Shown here piece by piece: positions 9,406 to 16,551 of a stretch of 41,412 nucleotides of DNA (within the stretch, counting starts at the first letter, position 1; each line of letters opens with the position of its first letter). Made by a program: the position numbers and the translations under genes. Below the pieces are notes generated by a model. The model searched no databases. It saw only the letters and a program-made list of their open reading frames with translations, and had not been told where the DNA came from. The DNA is taken from assembly GCA_047631715.1 (NCBI GenBank), contig JBLICC010000002.1, positions 1 through 41,412 of the forward strand, read 5' to 3'. The DNA is from Alteromonas naphthalenivorans. GTDB lineage: Bacteria > Babelota > Babeliae > Babelales > CAIQNR01.

Positions 9406-9691
9406 CTCTCGACCCTTCGATACAATTTCTAACGAAATCACTCAGGGTGACTCGATTTTGTGAGTCATACTGAGTGATTTTTTTGTGAAAAGTATAATAG
9501 AGAACGAATTACATACATTCGATACAAATACTCACTAAAGTTCGTATTCACTCAGTATGATTCGATTTTGTTCATCTCGAGTTATCCAAAGATCGAATCA
9601 CCCTGAGTGATTTTGAGTGTAACGAAAAATCTTGAATCATCCTGAGTAATTCCGTTAGGAATTGTATCGAAGGATCGAATGGGTCGAGGGA
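9406..9691. repeat. Composite of nested inverted copies of a ~40-45 nt palindromic repeat family (arms TCAyCCyGAGTG ... TGTATCGArGG)
   Basis: Outer inverted pair: 9408..9457 (reverse orientation) against 9636..9690 (forward). Inner perfect inverted pairs: 9436..9450 AATCACTCAGGGTGA against 9598..9612 TCACCCTGAGTGATT, and 9464..9476 TCATACTGAGTGA against 9549..9561 TCACTCAGTATGA. A further reverse-oriented full copy lies at about 9517..9565. The composite fills the convergent dsbD/hpf intergenic region. Confidence 0.85.
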
Positions 9692-9712
9692 CACAAAATA
9701 AAAATCTCTATT

Positions 9713-10048
9713 CTAGAAACTATCTTTCGGCGTACCTGGATGATTCCGTTTATCAAGTGCCTTGCCTTTATGCTTCTTTAGCTCTTTACCCATAACTTTA
9801 ACGACATGATCAATCTCTTGGTACAAATCTTTGCCTTCTCGACTTGCCATCAAATGAAGGTTCTTTCCATTCAATCTCAACTCAACCTTATGATGCGTAT
9901 TGTTATGATCAGCCTGAAGAACTAAATCAATATAAAGAGGCTCAAGATCTTGGTTCAAATATTTAGTAAGTTTTTCTAGCTCTTTGTTTGCATATTTTTC
10001 AGCTAAATCTGAATGATCCATTCCACGGAACGCTATTCTGATGTTCAT
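9713..10048 (-). CDS. hpf: Ribosome hibernation promoting factor / RaiA family (short form)
   Basis: 111 aa. MNIRIAFRGMDHSDLAEKYANKELEKLTKYL...VELRLNGKNLHLMASREGKDLYQEIDHVVKVMGKELKKHKGK aligns along its length with the HPF/YfiA pattern (I.G....T.AL.....K..KL..Y...V.L........A...V.G..IHA.AEG.DMY.AID...DKL..QL.KHK.K). Confidence 0.8.
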   Translation of the reverse strand: MNIRIAFRGMDHSDLAEKYANKELEKLTKYLNQDLEPLYIDLVLQADHNNTHHKVELRLNGKNLHLMASREGKDLYQEIDHVVKVMGKELKKHKGKALDKRNHPGTPKDSF

Positions 10049-10228
10049 GGCATCTCCTATCTATAAGGTTAAAAACTAATTTTCAAGATAGTTCAAAAAC
10101 AAAAAAATAGAAACATTAAGCTTATCGTAAGCTCACCCCCCCCTACTCTTGAATTAAGCGACCCAGATATGCTATTGTAATAATAAGCTTAAAATTGTTT
10201 TAGGCATCTCTAAAGAAAAGGATAAAGA

Positions 10229-10588
10229 ATGAAAAAGTTATTAATGATCGCAATGTGTTTAGTGTCAACATCTACAATACCAAAAAAAGTTTCAGATAGA
10301 GAACTAAAACAGTGGGAAAATACAGCAAAAAACTATGGAATTAGTGTAAAACATTCTGTTTCTTATTTAGATTCTGGAGATAATGTTGTAAGAGTACGTA
10401 GTATAGATAATACTCCTGTTTCCACTGTTAAGCCTGTCTTAAGCGCAGCAGGAAAAAAAGTAGCTAAAGTTGAAACAGTTTATCGAATCCAACCAATACG
10501 CACAGGTAATGGTAGTTATACAGTAAAGACAAACGGACAAACACAAACAATATATTTCTACGCGCAAGCTGCAGGACACCAAAAATAA
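10229..10588 (+). CDS. Hypothetical exported protein (one copy of a beta-rich module shared with the next gene)
   Basis: 119 aa with a hydrophobic leader MKKLLMIAMCLVSTS. The RBS and leader are nearly identical at DNA level to those of the next gene (10218..10255 against 10625..10662, 1 mismatch). I recognise no family. Confidence 0.55.
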   Translation: MKKLLMIAMCLVSTSTIPKKVSDRELKQWENTAKNYGISVKHSVSYLDSGDNVVRVRSIDNTPVSTVKPVLSAAGKKVAKVETVYRIQPIRTGNGSYTVKTNGQTQTIYFYAQAAGHQK

Positions 10589-10635
10589 CGATAAAGAAAA
10601 CAATAAAAAAGCCTCGAATTAATTAAGGATAAAGA

Positions 10636-11679
10636 ATGAAAAAGTTAATAATGATCGCAATGCTCGTGGCAATAGGAAACCAAGTTGAAGCGAGTCAGGA
10701 TTTGGGCGGTTTAAAGGCCAGTGGAAAACCACCAAAAACAGCTATTATTTCCAGAGTAGAAATTCCACAATATATAAATTATGGAGTAAGTATTAGTAGC
10801 ATAAATGCTAAAATATCTTCTAAAAAAGATCAATTAAATAATATACGCCCTATAGTTAATGCAACACAACCCGGAATTGTTACGGTAAAAACAACTACCT
10901 ATTATAATTTTTCAACTTCAGTACCGTATGTTAAAGTAGTTCCATTAAGCACAGGGACATCATCAAAAACTCCTGTAAATTTTTATGTAAAACAATCTTA
11001 TTCTGTAGGCAATGGTGTATCCAAAATTATTAACAGAACAAACAAAGCTAACGCTACTATTACCAAGAATATGATTAAAGCAACAAAAACTGGACCTGTC
11101 ACAGTAGAAACAACTACCTATTATAACTTCATAGCTGCACCACTTAATCAAGTATTCAGGAATCCTTTAATTAGAAACAGCTCCCGAATAACCCTGCCCA
11201 CTTATATAGATGTTAAACTTAGTAAAGCTGACAAAAAACGTTTTACAATTACTAACAATAATAATGGTTCAAGTACCTACGTTCCTACTGCTCAAATGGG
11301 AACAGTCAATGTAAGCCTTAGATATAATAAAAATATAAATATTAAAGATAAAAATATTAAAGATAAAAATTGGCAGAAATTCCCCGTAAATATAACTTGT
11401 GAGTATGGTTCATGCGCACGTTATCCAATGAAGATTGTTAGAAATAAATCTACTGACTGTATTAATTTCTATTTTAAACTTCAAGAAAATGATGTTTTTA
11501 GTAACCCACGTATTGCTACTTTAAATGTAAAGAAGAATACGATATTAGGTAAACAAGTAGGTTCAGGCTTCATACACAATACAAAAATTCCTAAAGGTCA
11601 GGAAGCTAATAGAGCTTATAGTAAACACTATTTTGAAATAGTTAATTCACCAAAAGAGAAATCTACAAAAAGAAAATAG
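10636..11679 (+). CDS. Hypothetical exported repeat-module protein
   Basis: 347 aa with signal peptide MKKLIMIAMLVAIGNQVEA. An internal duplicated module is present (ATQPGIVTVKTTTYYNFSTS / ATKTGPVTVETTTYYNFIAA). There is a 2 x 15-bp tandem at 11341..11370 (IKDKN IKDKN). No family recognised. Confidence 0.6.
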   Translation: MKKLIMIAMLVAIGNQVEASQDLGGLKASGKPPKTAIISRVEIPQYINYGVSISSINAKISSKKDQLNNIRPIVNATQPGIVTVKTTTYYNFSTSVPYVKVVPLSTGTSSKTPVNFYVKQSYSVGNGVSKIINRTNKANATITKNMIKATKTGPVTVETTTYYNFIAAPLNQVFRNPLIRNSSRITLPTYIDVKLSKADKKRFTITNNNNGSSTYVPTAQMGTVNVSLRYNKNINIKDKNIKDKNWQKFPVNITCEYGSCARYPMKIVRNKSTDCINFYFKLQENDVFSNPRIATLNVKKNTILGKQVGSGFIHNTKIPKGQEANRAYSKHYFEIVNSPKEKSTKRK

Positions 11680-11694
11680 TCAATATATAGAAAA

Positions 11695-11727
11695 GAAAAA
11701 AGCCTCGGGGATTCGAGGCTTTTTTTA
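11695..11727. terminator. Bidirectional intrinsic terminator between convergent genes
   Basis: AAAAAA-GCCTCGgggatTCGAGGC-TTTTTTT (hairpin 11701..11720). Confidence 0.75.
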
Positions 11728-11754
11728 TAATCTAATCAAGAAATAAGTTTAAAT

Positions 11755-12090
11755 TTATAAACTATCTTCAGAAGCATCTGGATTATTTTGTTGATCAAGA
11801 ACTTTTTCATTATGCTTGCGCAACTCTTTGATCATAACTTTAACAACATGATCAGTTTCTCTATATAAATCTGTACCTTTTACAGCAACTATTAAATGAA
11901 AATCTTGCCCATGAAGCTGTAACTCAACTGTGTAAGATTTCTGCTGCTTATCTGGTTGAAAAACAAGATCAAAATAAACAATTTCGTCTTCTGCAGGCAA
12001 AAATTTATTAATCTTTTTAAGTTCTTTATTTGCATATTTTTCTAAATCATCTGAATGATCAATACCAAGAAATACTATTTTAATACTCAT
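11755..12090 (-). CDS. hpf: Ribosome hibernation promoting factor / RaiA family, second paralogue
   Basis: Read from ATG 12090: MSIKIVFLGIDHSDDLEKYANKELKKINKFL...VELQLHGQDFHLIVAVKGTDLYRETDHVVKVMIKELRKHNEK. It is collinear with the 9713..10048 product and about half the residues are identical by eye. The upstream extension in the track (start 12126) is unlikely to be translated. Confidence 0.75.
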   Translation of the reverse strand: MSIKIVFLGIDHSDDLEKYANKELKKINKFLPAEDEIVYFDLVFQPDKQQKSYTVELQLHGQDFHLIVAVKGTDLYRETDHVVKVMIKELRKHNEKVLDQQNNPDASEDSL

Positions 12091-12112
12091 CGAATCGCCT
12101 ATGCATGAAGAC

Positions 12113-12146
12113 AAAAAAAGCCTCAAGTTACTGAGGCTTTTTTTTA
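12113..12146. terminator. Intrinsic terminator after der (A-run and T-run on both sides)
   Basis: AAAAAAA-GCCTCAagttacTGAGGC-TTTTTTTT immediately downstream of the der stop (12151) on the minus strand. Confidence 0.7.
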
Positions 12147-12150
12147 TAAA

Positions 12151-13467
12151 TTAAAAGATCATTTTTCGTAATGCAAACTTAATCGGTACACTCTTAAGAT
12201 CGAATTGCTTACGCATCACGTTCTCAAAAAAGCCTAACTGACTTTCTCCAAACCATTCTGTATGGTTAACATTCAAACGAATGATTGGAGGCGCAGTTGC
12301 AACCTGTTGAACAGAATGCAATTTAAGTCGCTGTCTATTTTTAAACAGTGGCTTTTCGTCTAATCCACCTTTGCAAGTCATAGTAAGCTGTGTAGTAGAA
12401 AAATGGGTGTTGTAACGATCCCATACTTTTCTAATCAACGGCATAATTTTGCCTACGTTGTGTCTTGTTTTACACGAAATAGTCATCATCTCTAATTTTT
12501 TAAGTAAGTAATCGTAAGGCTCTGATTCAAATTCCCATTGGGTTTGTTTTGTATCGTCAATAAGATCGTGCTTGTTACGCAAAATAATAAGCGCTTTACC
12601 TTCTTGAAACACATACCCAGCCAATTTGAGTTCTTGTTGAGAAAGCTCAGCTTCTTCGCCATCAATAAGCAATAATACAATGTCTGCATCGCGTACGGCA
12701 GCAAAAGAACTTTTTACCATCAACTCTTCGATTGTTTCATCTACCGAACGTTTTCTACGTACACCGGCAGTGTCTGTTACCTGAATAGTTTCTCTATAAA
12801 ACTTTATATGATCGGTAATTGCTTCTCGTGTGGTACCTGGCATATCAGCAACCAATGAACGTTGCTTATCTAGCAACAGATTGGTTAACGATGATTTACC
12901 CACATTTGGCTTACCAAGTAGTACAATCTTAAATTCTGGCTTCTCGTCTTTTTCAGATGATTCAGAAGGCAAAAGACGTAAAATTTCTTCTAGCAATTCT
13001 GCAGTACCTGTTCCATGCTGTCCAGAAATCTCAAGAACATTTTTATGCCCAAGACGATGAAAATCAAGAATATTTTCTTGTGTTTTTTTAGTGTCAATTT
13101 TATTGATTGCAAGAATAGTTGGCTTATTAAGTTTATGAACAAATTTAGCCAAAGCTTGATCTTCAGATGTTACTCCAACTTTACCATCTACTACAAAGAT
13201 CACCACGTCGGACGATTCTAATACTTCAATGGCACGTTCACGTACCGCTTCTGTTAAGTAATCAAGACCCTTTTTAAAATCAATACCACCGGTATCAATA
13301 ATTTCAAAAGTTCGGCCTTGCCAATCAACAGAATCGAATACAAAGTCACGTGTTACACCTTCATAATCCAATGTCATGCTTTTAACTGATTTAGACAATC
13401 TATTAAACAACGTTGATTTTCCAACGTTTGTTCTTCCAATAATAACTACTTTGTTACGCTTTTTCAT
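12151..13467 (-). CDS. der: Ribosome-biogenesis GTPase Der (EngA), double G-domain plus KH-like C-terminus
   Basis: Two P-loops (GRTNVGKSTLFN, GKPNVGKSSLTN), two DTGG/DTAG motifs and two NKxD motifs (NKID, NKHD). ATG 13467 is preceded by GAGGGGGA. The start overlaps the dnaX stop by 14 nt. Confidence 0.9.
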   Translation of the reverse strand: MKKRNKVVIIGRTNVGKSTLFNRLSKSVKSMTLDYEGVTRDFVFDSVDWQGRTFEIIDTGGIDFKKGLDYLTEAVRERAIEVLESSDVVIFVVDGKVGVTSEDQALAKFVHKLNKPTILAINKIDTKKTQENILDFHRLGHKNVLEISGQHGTGTAELLEEILRLLPSESSEKDEKPEFKIVLLGKPNVGKSSLTNLLLDKQRSLVADMPGTTREAITDHIKFYRETIQVTDTAGVRRKRSVDETIEELMVKSSFAAVRDADIVLLLIDGEEAELSQQELKLAGYVFQEGKALIILRNKHDLIDDTKQTQWEFESEPYDYLLKKLEMMTISCKTRHNVGKIMPLIRKVWDRYNTHFSTTQLTMTCKGGLDEKPLFKNRQRLKLHSVQQVATAPPIIRLNVNHTEWFGESQLGFFENVMRKQFDLKSVPIKFALRKMIF

Positions 13468-15169
13468 GTTCCCCCTCAACTTCTACAACGGTGCCACCAA
13501 AGGCATCTACTAATTTATTTGCTGTTTTCCATTTATCTTTATCTGTTACATTAACTACTATCGTTTTTTTTATTTTTGGACGCACAAACTTATTTGGCGA
13601 CCCTGCTGCTTGCGGCTTAGCAATTACTTTACCTGCACTACTCGAAACAGACCCTTTTTTAAAATCATCCTGAGTGGTTCCGTTAGGAATTGTATCGAAG
13701 GATCGAGAGTTTTTCTCTACAACCGGTTTAGGCGCCGCACTTTTTTCGAACACCGGTTTAAATTGCACATCTGGACCAAATGATTCTTGTAAGAAACCCA
13801 TCCATGTACTTTTTGTTTCTTTTAACCAGTCTCCAAAAAATGTAGTGTCTTTAGCAAAAGCAACTACCAACTCATTTGTTTGTTCATCATAACTTTTAAA
13901 CTGTGCTTGTTTAAAAATAGAATTTAAAAGTGGTTCGCTCATTTGCTCAACTTTTACAACAAACCCACTCCATCTATTATCTTGTTTACTACTAACTGGT
14001 GCTACTGTAACTGGTTTAGGAGGTACAGTTTTTTTTTGAACCGTAACTGCTACAACTGGCTCTGTTGCATTTTCGGTACCACACATACCAAGTAACATCA
14101 TATCAAGAACACCCTGCTGTGCTGTTGTTTTAAGTAGCAACATTTCGGTGCTATACACTTTTTGTAACCATCCAGTTAACTGTTCTAAAGAACATTTACG
14201 TGCAAATGCAGCAACACGTTCTTTATCTTCGATTGTAACTTGCCGTGCAACACCATATTTTACATACAAAATATTGCGAATTACTTCTTGTAACTTTTGC
14301 CACACTGCCAACGGAGTATAACTATTTACTTTTTTTTCTTGTAAGAAAACTAATAACTGCCCCGGATCACCCGCTATAATCTGTGTAAACAGATCTAATA
14401 AAATTGGTTCAGGTACATGACCAAGTACTCTAAGAACCGCATCTTTAGATACTTTTGCATGAGAAAATCGTACTTGCTCTAACAAGTTAAGCGCGTCTCG
14501 TGCAGAGCCTTCTGTTTCTTGAATAATAGTTTTGAGTGCATTTTCTTCTACACGAATATTTTCTGCTGTGCACACTGCTTGCAAATGCTTAAGCAATGGC
14601 TCAAGACTAATTGCAGGAAAGAACAACTGAAAACAACGAGACCGTACTGTTTCTATAATTTTTTGTGGATCAGTAGTTGCTAACATAAATACTACTGATG
14701 CTGGAGGTTCTTCTAAAATTTTTAAAAAGGCATTAAATGCTGCCTTGCTCAACATATGTGCTTCATCAATAAGATATAAACGCTTGGTTCCCATAACAGG
14801 CAAAAGCGAAGCCGCATCAATAATTTGGCGGACATTATCTACACCGGTATGCGATGCTGCATCAATCTCTATAAAATCTGGATGGCTCCCTGCTGCTATT
14901 GCTTTGCACGACTCACAGTTTAAACATGGAATTTTATGCGATTTAGGATCTTTCCTAAAGGCATCAAGTTCAGCACAATTAAGCGCAGCTGCAAAGATAC
15001 GAGCAGTGGTTGTTTTACCACATCCTCGTTGACCAGAGAATAGATAGACAGGAAAAATCTGATCGAGGTATAAGCTATTTTGTAACATGCGAATAGACAA
15101 ATCTTGCCCAATCACTTGATCGAACTGCTTAGAACGCCATTTACGAGCGAGATTGAGCTGTGTTGCCAT
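13454..15169 (-). CDS. dnaX: DNA polymerase III subunit tau (gamma/tau), DnaX
   Basis: AAA+ clamp-loader motifs: FSGQRGCGKTTTARIFA, the Zn module CLNCESCKAI, DEAHML and the sensor-1 region. I prefer the start at ATG 15169 (MATQLNLARKWRSKQFDQVIGQ) over the TTG at 15253. The C-terminal variable region contains an in-frame repeat copy and an A9 run (see findings). Confidence 0.9.
   Translation of the reverse strand: MATQLNLARKWRSKQFDQVIGQDLSIRMLQNSLYLDQIFPVYLFSGQRGCGKTTTARIFAAALNCAELDAFRKDPKSHKIPCLNCESCKAIAAGSHPDFIEIDAASHTGVDNVRQIIDAASLLPVMGTKRLYLIDEAHMLSKAAFNAFLKILEEPPASVVFMLATTDPQKIIETVRSRCFQLFFPAISLEPLLKHLQAVCTAENIRVEENALKTIIQETEGSARDALNLLEQVRFSHAKVSKDAVLRVLGHVPEPILLDLFTQIIAGDPGQLLVFLQEKKVNSYTPLAVWQKLQEVIRNILYVKYGVARQVTIEDKERVAAFARKCSLEQLTGWLQKVYSTEMLLLKTTAQQGVLDMMLLGMCGTENATEPVVAVTVQKKTVPPKPVTVAPVSSKQDNRWSGFVVKVEQMSEPLLNSIFKQAQFKSYDEQTNELVVAFAKDTTFFGDWLKETKSTWMGFLQESFGPDVQFKPVFEKSAAPKPVVEKNSRSFDTIPNGTTQDDFKKGSVSSSAGKVIAKPQAAGSPNKFVRPKIKKTIVVNVTDKDKWKTANKLVDAFGGTVVEVEGEHEKA
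13664..13708. repeat. Single copy of the palindromic repeat family, located inside the dnaX reading frame
   Basis: ATCATCCTGAGTGGTTCCGTTAGGAATTGTATCGAAGGATCGAGAG is about 90% identical to the copies at 9636.. and 30628... On the minus strand it is translated as ...SRSFDTIPNGTTQDD... within the intact DnaX ORF. Confidence 0.85.
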
Positions 15170-15323
15170 GCCATACTTTCTAGATTTATACCCACTAAAA
15201 TTTAACTCTTTTAGTGTACCCGAGATACCCACTTGCCGCAACACAGGCTCCAAATCTAAGCTTAAATTTATTTAATAACGTTTTATCGGTAATTTATCGG
15301 CAAAATAATTTTTATTACAATAG

Positions 15324-15346
15324 AAAAGCCCTGATTTCTCAGGGCT
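15324..15346 (-). terminator. Intrinsic terminator downstream of rpsB and tRNA-Ser
   Basis: Minus strand: AGCCCTGAgaaaTCAGGGCT followed by TTTTCTATT. It lies 22 nt after the tRNA-Ser 3' end. Confidence 0.6.
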
Positions 15347-15367
15347 TAATTCTTAGAATCTTATTTT

Positions 15368-15456
15368 TGGAGAGAGAGGGATTCGAACCCTCGGTACTTG
15401 TTTCCAAATACACACGATTTCCAATCGTGCTCCTTCGACCACTCAGACACCTCTCC
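15368..15456 (-). tRNA. tRNA-Ser (anticodon GGA), class II with long variable arm
   Basis: Reverse complement GGAGAGGTGTCTGAGTGGTCGAAGGAGCACGATTGGAAATCGTGTGTATTTGGAAACAAGTACCGAGGGTTCGAATCCCTCTCTCTCCA. Features: anticodon stem-loop CACGA-UUGGAAA-UCGUG, a long variable stem GTATTTG/CAAGTAC, and T-loop GTTCGAA. Confidence 0.9.
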
Positions 15457-15462
15457 AAATAC

Positions 15463-16413
15463 TTATTTCTTTGGAGCAGCTTCTTTTTTAGGAGCAGCCT
15501 CAGTAGCTTTTGCAACAGGTTTTGCTTCTGTAGCTTTTTTAGGAGCAACAGCAGGTTTATCTGCAACTTTTGCTTCTACTTTTTTAGGAGCAGCAGCAGG
15601 CTTTACAGGAGCAACTTTTTTAGCAGCGGCAGCTTTAATGTCTGCAGCTCTTTTAGCAGCTACTTCTTTTCTTTCTGCTTTTTTCTTTTCTTGTAAAAGC
15701 TCGAATTCTTTTTCTTCTTCAGCTTTTTTATCTTTTGCAAGAGCAACACCACGTTCTGCAGCTTCTACTAGATAATCAATGATAATGCGAATAGATTTTG
15801 GAGAATCATCATTTGCAGGAATCACGTGATCAATTCCAAGTGGATCTGAGTTAGTATCGATTAATGCAATAACTGGAATACCCATGCATTTAGCTTCTTT
15901 AATTGCAGATGCTTCTTTACGAACATCAACAACTATAATAGCTCCAACTGGCCAGTTAAGCTTTACAATACCACCAATATTTTTTTCTAGACGATCAACA
16001 CTTTTTTGAAAAACGTTAAATTCTTTTTTAGTGTAATGACCACGATCTGATTTTGAAATCACATCTTTAAGATGCAAATACTTTGTTACAGATTTTTTTA
16101 CTTGAGAGTTATTAGTAAGTGTTCCACCAATCCAACGATGTGTAACATAAGGCATAGAAACAGTACCAGCTGCTGCTTTCATGATCTCTTGTGCAGGTTT
16201 TTTAGTACCAATCCACATAACTGTTTTGCCTTCACCAATTATGCTTTCTACAAATTTTGAAGCTTTTTCTAATTGATAAGCAGTTTTTGCAACATTAATT
16301 AAATGAACTCTATTTTTTTGTCCCCAAATATAAGGAGCCATGCGCGGACACCAACGAGAAGATTGATGACCAAAATGTACACCAGCTTTAACTAAATCTC
16401 TAAAATCTATCAT
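15463..16413 (-). CDS. rpsB: 30S ribosomal protein S2 with a ~90-aa Lys/Ala/Pro-rich C-terminal extension
   Basis: From ATG 16413: MIDFRDLVKAGVHFGHQSSRWCPRMAPYIWG..., the canonical S2 N-terminus and core. The tail is KDKKAEEEKE...AAAAKKVAPVKPAAAPKKVEAKVADKPAVAPKKATEAKPVAKATEAAPKKEAAPKK. The GTG start at 16446 in the track is less likely. Confidence 0.9.
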   Translation of the reverse strand: MIDFRDLVKAGVHFGHQSSRWCPRMAPYIWGQKNRVHLINVAKTAYQLEKASKFVESIIGEGKTVMWIGTKKPAQEIMKAAAGTVSMPYVTHRWIGGTLTNNSQVKKSVTKYLHLKDVISKSDRGHYTKKEFNVFQKSVDRLEKNIGGIVKLNWPVGAIIVVDVRKEASAIKEAKCMGIPVIALIDTNSDPLGIDHVIPANDDSPKSIRIIIDYLVEAAERGVALAKDKKAEEEKEFELLQEKKKAERKEVAAKRAADIKAAAAKKVAPVKPAAAPKKVEAKVADKPAVAPKKATEAKPVAKATEAAPKKEAAPKK

Positions 16414-16551
16414 TGAAAATACCTTTTGCAGGGTTTTATCTATCACTTCTCGGCCAGCAATTTAAGCTTGGCCACCCTGATTGAGAGAGTGAGTGTTTGT
16501 AAACAAAATACTCGAATAAGCGTACCAGATCATGAATTTTTTGCAATATTC

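Noticed and set aside
13655-13663. TTTAAAAAAGGG next to the repeat copy in dnaX, resembling the E. coli A-AAA-AAG frameshift heptamer
   Set aside because: The zero frame reads TTT AAA AAA GGG, so the heptamer is not in the X-XXY-YYZ register. The site is only ~45 codons from the C-terminus, so it could not generate a gamma-like product.
12492-15111. Short same-strand or antisense ORFs inside der and dnaX (12492..12704, 12830..13060, 13015..13221, 13491..13892, 14745..15032, 14920..15111)
   Set aside because: All are nested within strongly supported conserved genes and lack independent signals.
15214-15775. Plus-strand ORFs 15214..15696 and 15398..15775 (Ser/Phe/Ala-rich)
   Set aside because: They run antisense through tRNA-Ser and the low-complexity AKP tail of rpsB. 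Open frames opposite GCN/AAR repeats are expected by composition.
16447-16551. Small hairpin (GGCCA-N11-TGGCC) in the rpsB 5' leader as a possible S2 autoregulatory structure
   Set aside because: It is only a 5-bp stem, and I cannot verify any resemblance to the known rpsB leader pseudoknot. This is too weak to call.
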